From assembly GCA_041736465.1 (NCBI GenBank), contig JBGSTO010000706.1:6588-70587 (forward strand): DNA of 64,000 nucleotides. Direction: 5' to 3'. How positions within the stretch are numbered: the first letter of the stretch is position 1; each line of letters starts with the position of its first letter. Positions 52,006 to 61,393 of the stretch are shown one piece after another. The notes under the pieces are model-generated. The model saw only the letters and a program-made list of their open reading frames with translations. It was not told the DNA's origin and made no database searches. Source of the DNA: Anaerolineales bacterium. GTDB lineage: Bacteria; Chloroflexota; Anaerolineae; Anaerolineales; UBA4823. A program made the translations under genes and the position numbers.

Positions 52006-54528
52006 TTACCTGGGTTCCAGGGTCAAGATGTCATGCGGGCCGCCCTCCACCTGCTGCCGTTCCCAGTTGGAAGCGTGGTAGCGGAAGTTGCGCCAGTCGT
52101 CGATGAAGTGATCGTAAGTGGGGTGCAGCGGGTGACCGCTCTGACCCAGGCTGTGGATCATGCGCGAGTTGCCCAAATTGCCCAGGTCGATCACCTGGCG
52201 CAGCGCCGGTATGCAGGTCACCTCGTAGCCGCGGGTCGCGTTCCAGCAGGTTTTCTGCGGCACCGACTCGCTGCCGTTGGTGGGGAAAGGCCCGCGATTG
52301 AAGATATCCTCGATCAGTTTGATGCCCGATCTGCCCAGGGTGGCGTGGCGGTAAAAGATGGTGTGCAAATCGCCCCACCGCCATTGGTTCAGATCGGCAC
52401 CAAAGCGCTCCAGCCCCTCGGCATAGGCGGCTTCGAACGAACTCTTAAGGACATCGTCGCGCGTCTCGAGCGCTTCGTTGCTGTCCAGCTGATCCCACCA
52501 GGCCTTTCCGGGCTGCTGCAGTAGGAAGTACATGGCGTCCGAGATTTCGTGGCTGCCGCTGGGGCGGAAAACCGCCGGCACCTGGTCGGTATAGGTGTCT
52601 GCCAGCAGGTGCTTCCAGAAGATGTTGAACAGCGCCGCCTCGGGGCTGTCCATTTTCATCTGCGCGTCCCAGCCCAGCAGGCGGTCGCGCCCTGCGGCGA
52701 CTGCGGGGTCGTCGAAGGACAGCTCCTTCAGGTAGGGAATGATCTCCAGCGCCGATAGGCTCTGGTTGTCTGTCTGGATCGCTATCATGTCGTCTACGGT
52801 GATGCCGTCGCCGTCGCCTTCGATCAGGCTGGTGATGCGCTGCGCCCGCTGCCCGCGGTCGTGGCTGGTGTTCAGCAGGTAAGGATACTCATCGTAGCGC
52901 ACCTGCGGGTTGTTGGCGGTGGCAATGAAGCCGCGCTCCGGATTGAAAGCCTTGGGCATCTCTTCGTAAGGGATAAACCCGTCCCAGATGTAATCGTCGT
53001 TCCAGCCCGGCACCGGCAGCGAGCCATCGCCTCCCGCCCGGACGGGCACCTTGCCGGGCAGCACGTAGCCGATATTGCCATCCACGTCGGCGTACAGCCA
53101 GTTCTGCTTGCCGGCGTCGAAATAGCTCAGGGCGTTAACGAAATCGTCCCAGTTCTGCGCCCGGTTGACCATCTGTAAAGCGCGTACCGACTGCACCGGC
53201 TCCAGCGCCGTCCAGGCAAAGGATAGGGCATACAACTGGGCTTCTTCGCCATCATAAGAGAACGGTTTCTGGCTGACCATGTAGTCGCTGGCGATCACGC
53301 CGTTGCGCGTGCTGCGCACGAAGAACACGGTAGGCTCAGCCTGCCCCTGCACCCGGATCTCTTCACGCCGGATGTCCATATCCACCCACTCGCCGTTGAC
53401 TTCATACTGGTTGGGATTCTCGGGGTTGATGCGCTCGATGAACACGTCCTCGGCATCGAATGCGGCGTTGGTCAGCCCCCAGGCAATGCGGTCGTTGTGA
53501 CCGATCAGGATGCCCGGCACTCCGGGCAGGGAGAAGCCGCGGAAGTTATACGGGCAGGTCTGGGTCTTCTCCTTGCAGTGCATGCCGATCTCGTACCACA
53601 GCGCCGGGGCGTTGACCGACATGTGAGGATCGTTGGCAAGCAAGGGCTCGCCGGTGGTGGTGCGCTCCCCGGAGACCACGAAGCTGTTCGAGCCGCCGTT
53701 CAAGCCGAAACCCAATTCAGCCAGCATTGCCGGTTCTTTGGATAGTGCCTGGATATCCTGCCATAAGCCGGCGATCGTTTGCATCTCAGCCTGGCTGAAG
53801 GCGGGCTTCTGGCTGGCAGCGCCCTGCTCGATCAGCTCTTCGCTTTCCAGGATTGTGGGGCGGTCATCGCGGTATGCCGGGTTCAGGTCGTTGTAGCGAT
53901 CCTGACCCACGGCTGCCAGCAGCTCGATGTTGCGGATGTCGTCGATGGGCTGCGATCCCTGATCGTAGATCATCATCTCGGCCCAAATCATCGCATCCAC
54001 CGGCGTCCATGGTTCAACCTCGAATTTGACCCCCTGCACCCCCAGCAGGGCAAACTCCAATCCGAGCTGGGCCGGTTTGCGGTTGGAGATGTAGGCATTG
54101 ACGCCTGCGGTATAGGCATCGATCACGCCGCGGGTTTCTTCGTCCAGCATCTGGTAGGAGCGTGAGGTTACACCGTAGAAGTTGAAGTGCCGCAGGTAGC
54201 GGTCGGTTTCCAGTGTGTTGGCGCCGAAGACCTCTGAGAGCCGGCCGGCAGCCGTGCGCCGCTGGAATTCCATCTGCCAGAAGCGTTCCTGAGCGTGGAC
54301 ATAGCCCTGGGCGAAGAACAGGTCTTCGGAGGTGCTGGCATAGATGTGCGCCACCCCGTACTGGTCCCTGACGATCTCCACCTGCTGGCCGAGTCCCTGC
54401 AGGCGAACAGTGCCGCTGGTCTTCGGCATAGCCTGGCGGGTAAACCAGTACAAATAGCCGCCCACGGCAGAGGCCAGGACGGCGACGACTAAAACCAGTA
54501 TCCCAATGACGCGAACAGTTCTGGACAT
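52006..54528 (-). CDS. Penicillin acylase-family Ntn hydrolase (penicillin amidase / acyl-homoserine-lactone acylase-like)
   Basis: An N-terminal TM/signal helix, then RDQYGVAHIYA. GLNGGSNSFVVSG carries the autoprocessing Ser nucleophile context. 841 aa from ATG 54528, which is preceded by GGGAGGGAG. Confidence 0.85.
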   Translation of the reverse strand: MSRTVRVIGILVLVVAVLASAVGGYLYWFTRQAMPKTSGTVRLQGLGQQVEIVRDQYGVAHIYASTSEDLFFAQGYVHAQERFWQMEFQRRTAAGRLSEVFGANTLETDRYLRHFNFYGVTSRSYQMLDEETRGVIDAYTAGVNAYISNRKPAQLGLEFALLGVQGVKFEVEPWTPVDAMIWAEMMIYDQGSQPIDDIRNIELLAAVGQDRYNDLNPAYRDDRPTILESEELIEQGAASQKPAFSQAEMQTIAGLWQDIQALSKEPAMLAELGFGLNGGSNSFVVSGERTTTGEPLLANDPHMSVNAPALWYEIGMHCKEKTQTCPYNFRGFSLPGVPGILIGHNDRIAWGLTNAAFDAEDVFIERINPENPNQYEVNGEWVDMDIRREEIRVQGQAEPTVFFVRSTRNGVIASDYMVSQKPFSYDGEEAQLYALSFAWTALEPVQSVRALQMVNRAQNWDDFVNALSYFDAGKQNWLYADVDGNIGYVLPGKVPVRAGGDGSLPVPGWNDDYIWDGFIPYEEMPKAFNPERGFIATANNPQVRYDEYPYLLNTSHDRGQRAQRITSLIEGDGDGITVDDMIAIQTDNQSLSALEIIPYLKELSFDDPAVAAGRDRLLGWDAQMKMDSPEAALFNIFWKHLLADTYTDQVPAVFRPSGSHEISDAMYFLLQQPGKAWWDQLDSNEALETRDDVLKSSFEAAYAEGLERFGADLNQWRWGDLHTIFYRHATLGRSGIKLIEDIFNRGPFPTNGSESVPQKTCWNATRGYEVTCIPALRQVIDLGNLGNSRMIHSLGQSGHPLHPTYDHFIDDWRNFRYHASNWERQQVEGGPHDILTLEPR

Positions 54529-54672
54529 AGTGCTGCTCCCTCCCAATTCTCCCTGTGAATTTACCGGGCGATGGCGAGTCGCCCGGTCTGGTAGATAGAG
54601 ATTCTATCAAATAAGCCCGGTAAATGGTCGCTTATTGCACTAATGAATTCCCACCAACCGCAAAGTTTGTTA

Positions 54673-56346
54673 TCACCGGCTCCCACGACCAGACCAGCGC
54701 GCCAGCCCGATTGCCAGCACCGAGAGCAAAATTCCGAGAGCGGCAGCCATCAAGATCTGGATCAGCGAGATGAATGCCATGAACAAGCTGGGAAAATGAG
54801 GCAGCGTCCAACCGGCGGCGAAGCCGTTCAACCAGAAGCTTACCCACACCGGCAGCGACAGCAGGTAAATCACAGCCAGGGCTACCTCCAGGGTGGAGAT
54901 GCCTGCCTGGATAGGCGGCTGGCGCAGGCTCTTCTGCCTCCAGGTATACACCAGCCAGGCGGCTGCCAGGGCCAGACCTGCCGTGATGGCGCTGTAGGCA
55001 ATGATATCCCCCGCACTGACGACCGAGCTGAGTGAGTAGGTGCGCCCGTCAATCAGGGCATAGCGCATATTGAAGCCTGCCAGGTAGATCAGGCCAGCCG
55101 CCAGCAGCCACAGGCTCTGCTGGCGAGGCCGGCGCAGCAGCCAGATCAGCGGCAGCAGTGCGCCTGCCAGCGCGGGCAGCAGCCGCAGCAGCCGCTCCCG
55201 GTTCAGCCGCGATTGGCGGGCGTCATCCAGCGCCGACTGGTACACGGCGACGATATCGCCAACCCCGCTCGTACCTGGATTGAGCGGCGGGCTGTTGTCG
55301 CCGATCCCTTGCCGGTAGGCTGCCAGCAGCGCCGCCTGCTGGCTTTCCAGTGCTCCCGGCAGCGCGGTTTGCACGCTTTCGGGCAGGGAAAGCATACCGT
55401 CGAGCACCCGCCCCTGGCTGGCTGCCGGCAGGTTAATGCCCAGCAGGGCTGCCAGCGTCGGAGCCACGTCCACCATGCGAATGTCATCGTGGTATCCGGG
55501 GCTAACCCCGGCGCCGGCAAGCACAAAAGGCTCGGTCAGCACCACGGTCTCTGTGCCGCCGTGCCCGCCGCGATCGATCTGCCCGTGATCGCTGAGTACC
55601 AGGAGCGTGTCCTGGCTCAAGTCCAGGGTGGTGGCAATTTCAGCGATCAGGCTGTCGGCACGGCGGGCGGCTTCGTTCCAATGCGGATCGCGCGGGCCGC
55701 CCTCGTGGTGCCCGGCATAGTCCACCTGGTCGATGTGAATGAGCACCAGTTGGTAATCGCCTGATTGCAGCCAGGACAGCGCTGCATCCACCACCTGGCG
55801 GTCAGCCTGCTGGTCTTCGCCCGGGGTGTAAAAACTGGCGCTCACTGCCTGCTGTGGTACCAGCTTCTCGAACCAGTAGTAGGCTGAAATGGCGGTTTTT
55901 AGACCAGCTCGGTGAGCGGCCGAGAACAGGTTGTCCTGTGTCCAGGTGGGGATATCGTCATACTCCAGGTTGAACGCCGGGCCATCGCTCACATCGGGCC
56001 AGGCGCCTGTAAAGAGCACCGAATACCCGGGGGCAGAGTAGGATGGGGGACGGCTGCGCATTTCTCCCCAGGCGGCTTGCTGGCGAAGCTGGTTTAGATA
56101 GGGCATAACCTGGGAGTCGGCGGCTGTATCGGCGCGCAGTGCGTCTACCAGGATGAATACCACCCGGCGCGAGGGCCTTTCAGCCGGGTCGTTGACCAGA
56201 GCGGCTCCGGCTGCGGGGGGCCTGTCTTTGAGCGGCGAGCGATAAGCATACAGCGAATCGATCAACCCTGTAGCCCAGAAATACGCACCGGCTGCCAGGG
56301 CAGCGCACACCAGCAGGCGAACGAGCAGAGCAGCTGAGTTTTTCAC
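54673..56346 (-). CDS. Membrane-bound alkaline-phosphatase-superfamily enzyme (type I phosphodiesterase / nucleotide pyrophosphatase-like)
   Basis: VVFILVDALRADT and LVLSDHGQIDRGGHGG are the metal-ligand motifs. There is an N-terminal TM helix and a C-terminal bundle of about 5 TM helices. The start is uncertain: GTG 56346 is chosen, while the track ORF extends to 56439 and would overlap the upstream gene. Confidence 0.7.
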   Translation of the reverse strand: MKNSAALLVRLLVCAALAAGAYFWATGLIDSLYAYRSPLKDRPPAAGAALVNDPAERPSRRVVFILVDALRADTAADSQVMPYLNQLRQQAAWGEMRSRPPSYSAPGYSVLFTGAWPDVSDGPAFNLEYDDIPTWTQDNLFSAAHRAGLKTAISAYYWFEKLVPQQAVSASFYTPGEDQQADRQVVDAALSWLQSGDYQLVLIHIDQVDYAGHHEGGPRDPHWNEAARRADSLIAEIATTLDLSQDTLLVLSDHGQIDRGGHGGTETVVLTEPFVLAGAGVSPGYHDDIRMVDVAPTLAALLGINLPAASQGRVLDGMLSLPESVQTALPGALESQQAALLAAYRQGIGDNSPPLNPGTSGVGDIVAVYQSALDDARQSRLNRERLLRLLPALAGALLPLIWLLRRPRQQSLWLLAAGLIYLAGFNMRYALIDGRTYSLSSVVSAGDIIAYSAITAGLALAAAWLVYTWRQKSLRQPPIQAGISTLEVALAVIYLLSLPVWVSFWLNGFAAGWTLPHFPSLFMAFISLIQILMAAALGILLSVLAIGLARWSGRGSR

Positions 56347-56399
56347 TTGTACCCCACGATCCCCAATCTTCCTACGGGTATTCGATCTCTCCGGGCGGG

Positions 56400-57560
56400 T
56401 TACGCTTCCGCCGGCGCCAGGTCGTTCAGGAAGACCCACCCTTGCAGATATTTAAAACGCGGCACGGGCTGCAGTAATCCTATCATAGCCAGGTCTCCCT
56501 GCACGCTCAAGATGCGCACTGGAGTTTCTTCGGGAATGTATTCCACAGGGTGGCGCGGCGGCTCTGGACCCGGTACCACACCGATGTTCTTGTAAATCTC
56601 GGCATGTCTTGCCACCACACCGTTTTGCACCAGGTCGGCCTTCATCCAGCCCTGCATGTTGAACAGCCTGCCGATCAGTCCGGAAATGCGCACCAGCACC
56701 CACTGGTCCGAGGTCTTGACCACCTGCTTGTTTTTCTTTTTGGGGACGTCTTTCTTTTTCTTCTTCTTCCCGGGCATCTCGATGACCTCGACCTTGAAGG
56801 ATGTGACCGCCTTCGTCACTTTTACCTGGGTGCCGGGTTCCAAGGGGCTCTGTGCCAGGCGCGGCGGCAGGTGGGGCGGCAGCCCGCCTTCATCGAGGTA
56901 AACCCGCGATGGTCGCCGGGTGGAAAAGCGCTCTACGAAAGGAAGCTTGCGACCGAAGAGCTGTTCTCGGAAATGCTCCATGGGGAAAGCTGGTCCCGGG
57001 TCCACTTTGGCAACGTGAATATCATCGTGACCGAGGACTTCCTGCAGCTGGTAGTGTTCAACGATCAGGCGGGAAACTTCGAGCGCAGCGTCGAGCTGCG
57101 CCTGGGGGAAAAGCTGCCAGCCGTTTTTCTGAAAATTCTTCCAATGAGCCTCTACCAGCACTTCATTCTCTTGATAGGTGGCGCCGGATTTTGCCACCCA
57201 GCCATTGGGGCCTGGCTTCAAGGCGCCGTCATTGTCCAGCTCGATGCCGATGGAGCAGCGGTTGAGCAGCCGCCGCCCCTCCCAGAAGCTGAACCCGGCA
57301 TGCCAGGCGATGCGGTCGAATGGCACCAGCTGGGTGATCTGTCCATCGCGGCCGATGACCAGATGCGCTGAAACGCGCTTGTCAGGATTTCCCGACTGAG
57401 GGTCGGTCAGCCATTGGATCGCCCCCTCGGCGTTGGACCCGGCGGTGTAATGCATGATCAAAAAAACATGCTCAACTGCTCCTCCGATATTTGGGCTGGG
57501 GACAAACGGGTAGGGGGTGCCATCATCGTGATACAGCCTGTGATCCTCGTGAATTTTCAT
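56400..57560 (-). CDS. N-acetylmuramoyl-L-alanine amidase (Amidase_2/PGRP fold) with a Lys-rich linker and SH3-like C-terminal region
   Basis: FLIMHYTAGSNAEGAIQWL...VSAHLVIGRDGQITQLVPFDRIAWHAG is the Amidase_2 core. The linker reads MPGKKKKKKDVPKKKNK. ATG 57560 is preceded by GGAGGA. The track ORF extends to 57647. Confidence 0.8.
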   Translation of the reverse strand: MKIHEDHRLYHDDGTPYPFVPSPNIGGAVEHVFLIMHYTAGSNAEGAIQWLTDPQSGNPDKRVSAHLVIGRDGQITQLVPFDRIAWHAGFSFWEGRRLLNRCSIGIELDNDGALKPGPNGWVAKSGATYQENEVLVEAHWKNFQKNGWQLFPQAQLDAALEVSRLIVEHYQLQEVLGHDDIHVAKVDPGPAFPMEHFREQLFGRKLPFVERFSTRRPSRVYLDEGGLPPHLPPRLAQSPLEPGTQVKVTKAVTSFKVEVIEMPGKKKKKKDVPKKKNKQVVKTSDQWVLVRISGLIGRLFNMQGWMKADLVQNGVVARHAEIYKNIGVVPGPEPPRHPVEYIPEETPVRILSVQGDLAMIGLLQPVPRFKYLQGWVFLNDLAPAEA

Positions 57561-57801
57561 GTAAATCCTCCGATAAGCTGGCGAGACCGGGTAATATGAA
57601 TGCTCAATGGGAGCTGCAGCGGCGGGAAAGTTGGTGTCAAGAGCCAATTATAAGACATATTTGATCTGAATTAATCTGACTTCTCCTGCTGCTTAACGAG
57701 CACAAAATAATCGATGCTGCGGCAGGGCAATAAGCTGTTACAATAACAGGGGGTAATCGGATAAACCAAGTCTTAATCAGGTCTCGATTGGGAGGTAAAC
57801 C

Positions 57802-58338
57802 ATGGATACACTGGCTGCCACCATCCAGAAGCTCAAGGACGCCGGGCTGTCGCCCACGGTGCAGGTGAGCGTTCCCTTGTCCAAAAACGAGCTGGATGAG
57901 CTCAAGGAAATCAGGTCCCGCCTGGCGAAGCAGGGTATTACGTCACAGGTGCATTTAATCGTCAGCCTGGCGGAGCAGCCTGCCGGTCCAGGAGATGCAC
58001 CCGGCGAGGAGCAGCCGCCGGTGGATCCGGGTACGCAGGAGCCAATCGTAAAAGAAGGCTTCCTGGTGATGGTGCGCTCTGCCAAGGTCAACTGCATGAA
58101 TTTTACCCGCCGTGACAAAGCAGACAAGCCGATCATGGAGCCGGTAACGCCGCGCATCCAACTTTTTCAGGGCAGCACACTGCGCGTCTCAGCGCAGCAC
58201 AAGCTCAGCGACAAGGACGCTGGAGACGGCAATATCACCGCTACCGGCGGGCTGAAATTCTATTTCATCACCGACAGCCCGGATAACAGGCGTGCGGAAG
58301 GATTGTACATCCGCCAGGAAGAGGTCACGAAGGTGTAG
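57802..58338 (+). CDS. Hypothetical protein
   Basis: 178 aa. GGGAGG lies upstream of ATG 57802. It is divergent from the amidase gene. It has a Pro/Glu-rich middle segment and no recognisable domain. Confidence 0.55.
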   Translation: MDTLAATIQKLKDAGLSPTVQVSVPLSKNELDELKEIRSRLAKQGITSQVHLIVSLAEQPAGPGDAPGEEQPPVDPGTQEPIVKEGFLVMVRSAKVNCMNFTRRDKADKPIMEPVTPRIQLFQGSTLRVSAQHKLSDKDAGDGNITATGGLKFYFITDSPDNRRAEGLYIRQEEVTKV

Positions 58339-59443
58339 CTGCCTGCTCCGGGATGAGTAGCTTGCCGTTTTGAATGATCGCCAGGCCATCTACTTCCAGT
58401 GTGGCGTGCGGCAGGCTGTAACCAAGGATGCCGGTGGAGTTCACTGTGCCGCCAAAGTCCTGGTTGTCGCCAATGTTTATCATCACGGTACCGCGCATCA
58501 GCATATCCAGGTAAACGAATCCCACCGGCGTGGCATGCGGGTTCAAGCCGATCGACAGCAGCCCGAAGCGGTCATAGTCGCCGCCTGCGGAGGAGATCGC
58601 ATCCTCGAATATCTTGCCGTGCTCTTCGGCATCCCAGCTGACCAGGCGCCCGTTCTTGAAAGTCCAGCTCAGGTTGCGCACCAGCTTGCCCCATAACGGC
58701 ACGCGCGGGAAGACGATCGTGCCGTTGGCGCTGTCTTCATCGGGAGCGACGCTCACCTGACCGGCGGGAAACTCGCTGTAGCGCCCGCCCCTGGCCAGGT
58801 CATCCTGGTCGATAATGCCGTCATCCACCACAGCTTTTCTTCCCAATAGGCGGAATTCCAGGTGAGTCTGGTCACCGGCGGTCAGGCGCACCTGCTGCCC
58901 CTTCTCCAGTATAGCGGCGACCTGTTTTCCGGCGGCGGCGATCTCATCGTAATCGGCCTGCATGGCATTTGCCAGCGACGAGCGCCAGGCGGCGTAATCC
59001 ACCCCGTACTGGCGGGCGCGCTGCGGCGTGCACAGGCTCCACCCCAGCCCAATTTCACGGATTCGGCGCTGGCGCGCCAGCTCGAACAGGGGTTTGTTGG
59101 CCCGGAGTAGGGCATTGGAAATGCTGATAGAACCCGCATCGAAGACATGTGGGTCTTCCACCTGGCTGATCTGAATTATAGCGTCGGTTTTCTCCAGGGC
59201 ACTGAGGAAATGGGTGGGGACCCTTTCCAGGTGTTCTTCGGGGATCTCGCTGCAGTAGGAACGGAACAAATTATCGGTATCATAGAGGATCATGGGCACG
59301 GCGCCAGCCTGGTAGCTGGCAACCGCCAGCGCCTCCGCCATTGAAATGGTGTGCTGGTGAGCGTTGATCAACACCATCTCGCCGGGCTGGATGCCCAGGC
59401 AGGAATGTACGATCCGTTTGGCAATATCGCGCTCGAATGACAT
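58325..59443 (-). CDS. M29-family (AmpS/PepS-like) aminopeptidase
   Basis: EFPAGQVSVAPDEDSANGTIVF ... WTFKNGRLVSWDAEEHG ... FGLLSIGLN follows the thermophilic metalloprotease (M29) pattern as I remember it. AAGGAGG lies upstream. Confidence 0.7.
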   Translation of the reverse strand: MSFERDIAKRIVHSCLGIQPGEMVLINAHQHTISMAEALAVASYQAGAVPMILYDTDNLFRSYCSEIPEEHLERVPTHFLSALEKTDAIIQISQVEDPHVFDAGSISISNALLRANKPLFELARQRRIREIGLGWSLCTPQRARQYGVDYAAWRSSLANAMQADYDEIAAAGKQVAAILEKGQQVRLTAGDQTHLEFRLLGRKAVVDDGIIDQDDLARGGRYSEFPAGQVSVAPDEDSANGTIVFPRVPLWGKLVRNLSWTFKNGRLVSWDAEEHGKIFEDAISSAGGDYDRFGLLSIGLNPHATPVGFVYLDMLMRGTVMINIGDNQDFGGTVNSTGILGYSLPHATLEVDGLAIIQNGKLLIPEQAATPS

Positions 59444-59470
59444 GGCAAACCTCCTTTGGCATGCTCGAAC

Positions 59471-59501
59471 AAAAAAAGCCAGTGGCAGACCGCCATTGGC
59501 T
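59471..59501 (-). terminator. Intrinsic-terminator-like hairpin plus U-tract immediately upstream of the aminopeptidase RBS
   Basis: The minus strand reads AAGCCAATGG-CGGTCTG-CCACTGGCTT followed by TTTTTTT (8 of 9 pairs). No annotated minus-strand gene lies upstream of it. Confidence 0.4.
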
Positions 59502-59613
59502 TTCGATATATACAGCGATGCAGGCTTGGGCCATCTGATCCGGTCCCACCTGTCAAATAGAAAATACGGCTCTTTCCCCTGTAATGATCTTATAATAAAA
59601 AAGAGTTTGGAGT

Positions 59614-59642
59614 CAATATCAGTTTGCGTAACACAATATCAG
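59614..59642 (+). promoter_or_regulatory. Direct repeat CAATATCAG x2 upstream of the DUF47-PiT operon
   Basis: CAATATCAG occurs at 59614-59622 and 59634-59642, exactly 20 bp apart. The extended match is CAATATCAGnTT. TATAAT at 59591-59596 lies just upstream. Confidence 0.35.
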
Positions 59643-59771
59643 GTTTCGATCTCGAAAAACGAAGTTTTGTGGTAAAACTTTTAGGAGAGTTGCCTGGTTT
59701 CAGAAGGAATGGGCGTGTGCGGGAGGGCTTAGCCCGCCCATACTCACCCATAAAATACTGGGAGAAGAGAT

Positions 59772-60392
59772 ATGTTCCGCTTTTTTAAGAAAAGGCAGGA
59801 TACCTTTTTGCGTCTGATCATCCAGCAGGCTGAGCTGACGGCGCAAGGCACCGACCTGCTGAAGAAGTACATGGACTCGCCTTCCGCCGAGGTGAGCGCA
59901 CAGATTACCGTCACCGAGAAAGAAGCCGACGAAGTCCGCCGCATCTTGATCGACGAGCTGAACCGCACTTTCATTACACCGATCGATCGCGAAGACATCC
60001 ATTCCCTGTCACGTGCCGTCGACGACATGCTGGATTACGCTTACTCGACGGTCAGCGAGATGGAAGTTCTCAAAGTGCGCCCCACTGCCCATATGGTGCG
60101 CATTGCCGGTCTGCTGCACGACGCTGCCGCGGAGATCCTCCTGGCGGTACAGCGGCTGGAACACCACCCCAACGTGGCAAACGACCACGCCCAGCGCGCC
60201 AAGGCGCTCGAAAACCGGGTGGAGAGCGTTTATCGCGAGGCGTTGGCGGAGCTGTTCAGCGGGCCGGAGGACGTGCAGCACATCGTCAAGATGCTCAAAA
60301 AGCGCGAGGTGTACCGGCACTTAAGCAACTCGGCAGACCGGGGGGATGAGGCTGCCAATGTGATTGCCGACATCGTGGTAAAGATTACCTAG
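59772..60392 (+). CDS. DUF47 (PhoU-like, TIGR00153) phosphate-transport regulator
   Basis: MFRFFKKRQDTFLRLIIQQAEL..., 206 aa, helical, immediately upstream of a PiT transporter. This is the classical pairing. Confidence 0.85.
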   Translation: MFRFFKKRQDTFLRLIIQQAELTAQGTDLLKKYMDSPSAEVSAQITVTEKEADEVRRILIDELNRTFITPIDREDIHSLSRAVDDMLDYAYSTVSEMEVLKVRPTAHMVRIAGLLHDAAAEILLAVQRLEHHPNVANDHAQRAKALENRVESVYREALAELFSGPEDVQHIVKMLKKREVYRHLSNSADRGDEAANVIADIVVKIT

Positions 60393-60404
60393 CCGGGGGG
60401 ATGC

Positions 60405-61379
60405 ATGCCTGAAGCTCTGATCATATTGATCGTCCTGGCAGTTTTTTTTGATTTCCTCAATGGGATTCACGATTCGTCCAACATCGTGGCGACGATGATC
60501 TCGTCGCGCGCCTTCGGGCCGCGTGCCGCTCTGGGAATGACCGCCGTGGCGCATTTCGTCGCCCCATTCATGTTCGGTGTGGCTGTGGCAAAGACCATCG
60601 GGCACGACATCGTCGCCGCAGATGCGATTACCCTGCAGGTGCTCATTGCCGCACTGATCTCCGCCATCCTGTGGAACCTGCTCACCTGGTTCTTCGGCAT
60701 CCCCTCCAGCTCCTCGCATGCCCTGATCGGCGGCATCCTGGGAGCAGTAGCAGTTTCTGCCGGGCTGGGCGTGGTGCATATGGACGGGTTGACAAAGGTG
60801 CTCAGCGCCTTGTTCGTCTCCCCGCTGCTCGGTCTGATCGGCGGCTTTCTCTTCGCCCGGCTGGTATTTGCCCTGGCGGCGAACGCCTCGCCGCGCATCA
60901 ACTGGTTCTTCAAACGCGCCCAACTGATCACCGCGATGGCGCTGGCCTTCAGCCACGGCACCAATGATGCCCAAAAGACGATGGGTGTGATCACCCTGGG
61001 GCTGGTAGTGACGGGCTCCTTGAGCAGCTTCGCCGTTCCGCTGTGGGTGGTGGCGATCAGCGCGGCGGCGATCGCCCTGGGCACCGCCCTGGGCGGCTGG
61101 CGCCTGATCCGGACGCTGGGCGGGAGGTTTTATAAGATCAAGCCGGTGGATGGTTTCAACGCCCAGGCAACCTCTACCCTTATCATTCTGGCGGCGTCAC
61201 TGTCCGGCGGGCCGGTGAGCACCACGCACGTGGTCAGCACCGCCATCATGGGCGCCGGCGCGGCTGAGCGCATCAACAAGGTGCGCTGGCGCGCCGCCGG
61301 TGAGATCCTGATTGCCTGGCTGATCACCATACCGATCACCGCCCTGGCAGCGGCGGGCATTTACCTGCTGCTCGGTTGA
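60405..61379 (+). CDS. Inorganic phosphate transporter, PiT (PHO4) family
   Basis: FDFLNGIHDSSNIVATMISS and FSHGTNDAQKTMGVI are the duplicated PiT signature GxNDxxNxxxxxx regions. The protein is polytopic. Confidence 0.9.
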   Translation: MPEALIILIVLAVFFDFLNGIHDSSNIVATMISSRAFGPRAALGMTAVAHFVAPFMFGVAVAKTIGHDIVAADAITLQVLIAALISAILWNLLTWFFGIPSSSSHALIGGILGAVAVSAGLGVVHMDGLTKVLSALFVSPLLGLIGGFLFARLVFALAANASPRINWFFKRAQLITAMALAFSHGTNDAQKTMGVITLGLVVTGSLSSFAVPLWVVAISAAAIALGTALGGWRLIRTLGGRFYKIKPVDGFNAQATSTLIILAASLSGGPVSTTHVVSTAIMGAGAAERINKVRWRAAGEILIAWLITIPITALAAAGIYLLLG

Positions 61380-61393
61380 GGAAGGTGAGAACG

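Noticed and set aside
51073-52524. A 483-aa plus-strand ORF spanning the patatin and acylase genes
   Set aside because: It runs antisense across two independently well-supported minus-strand genes and their intergenic gap. This is typical long spurious ORF behaviour in high-GC sequence.
52006-54528. Reading the penicillin acylase-family protein as a beta-lactam resistance determinant
   Set aside because: The family is broad (AHL acylases, cephalosporin acylases, unknown substrates). Substrate cannot be inferred from the motifs visible here.
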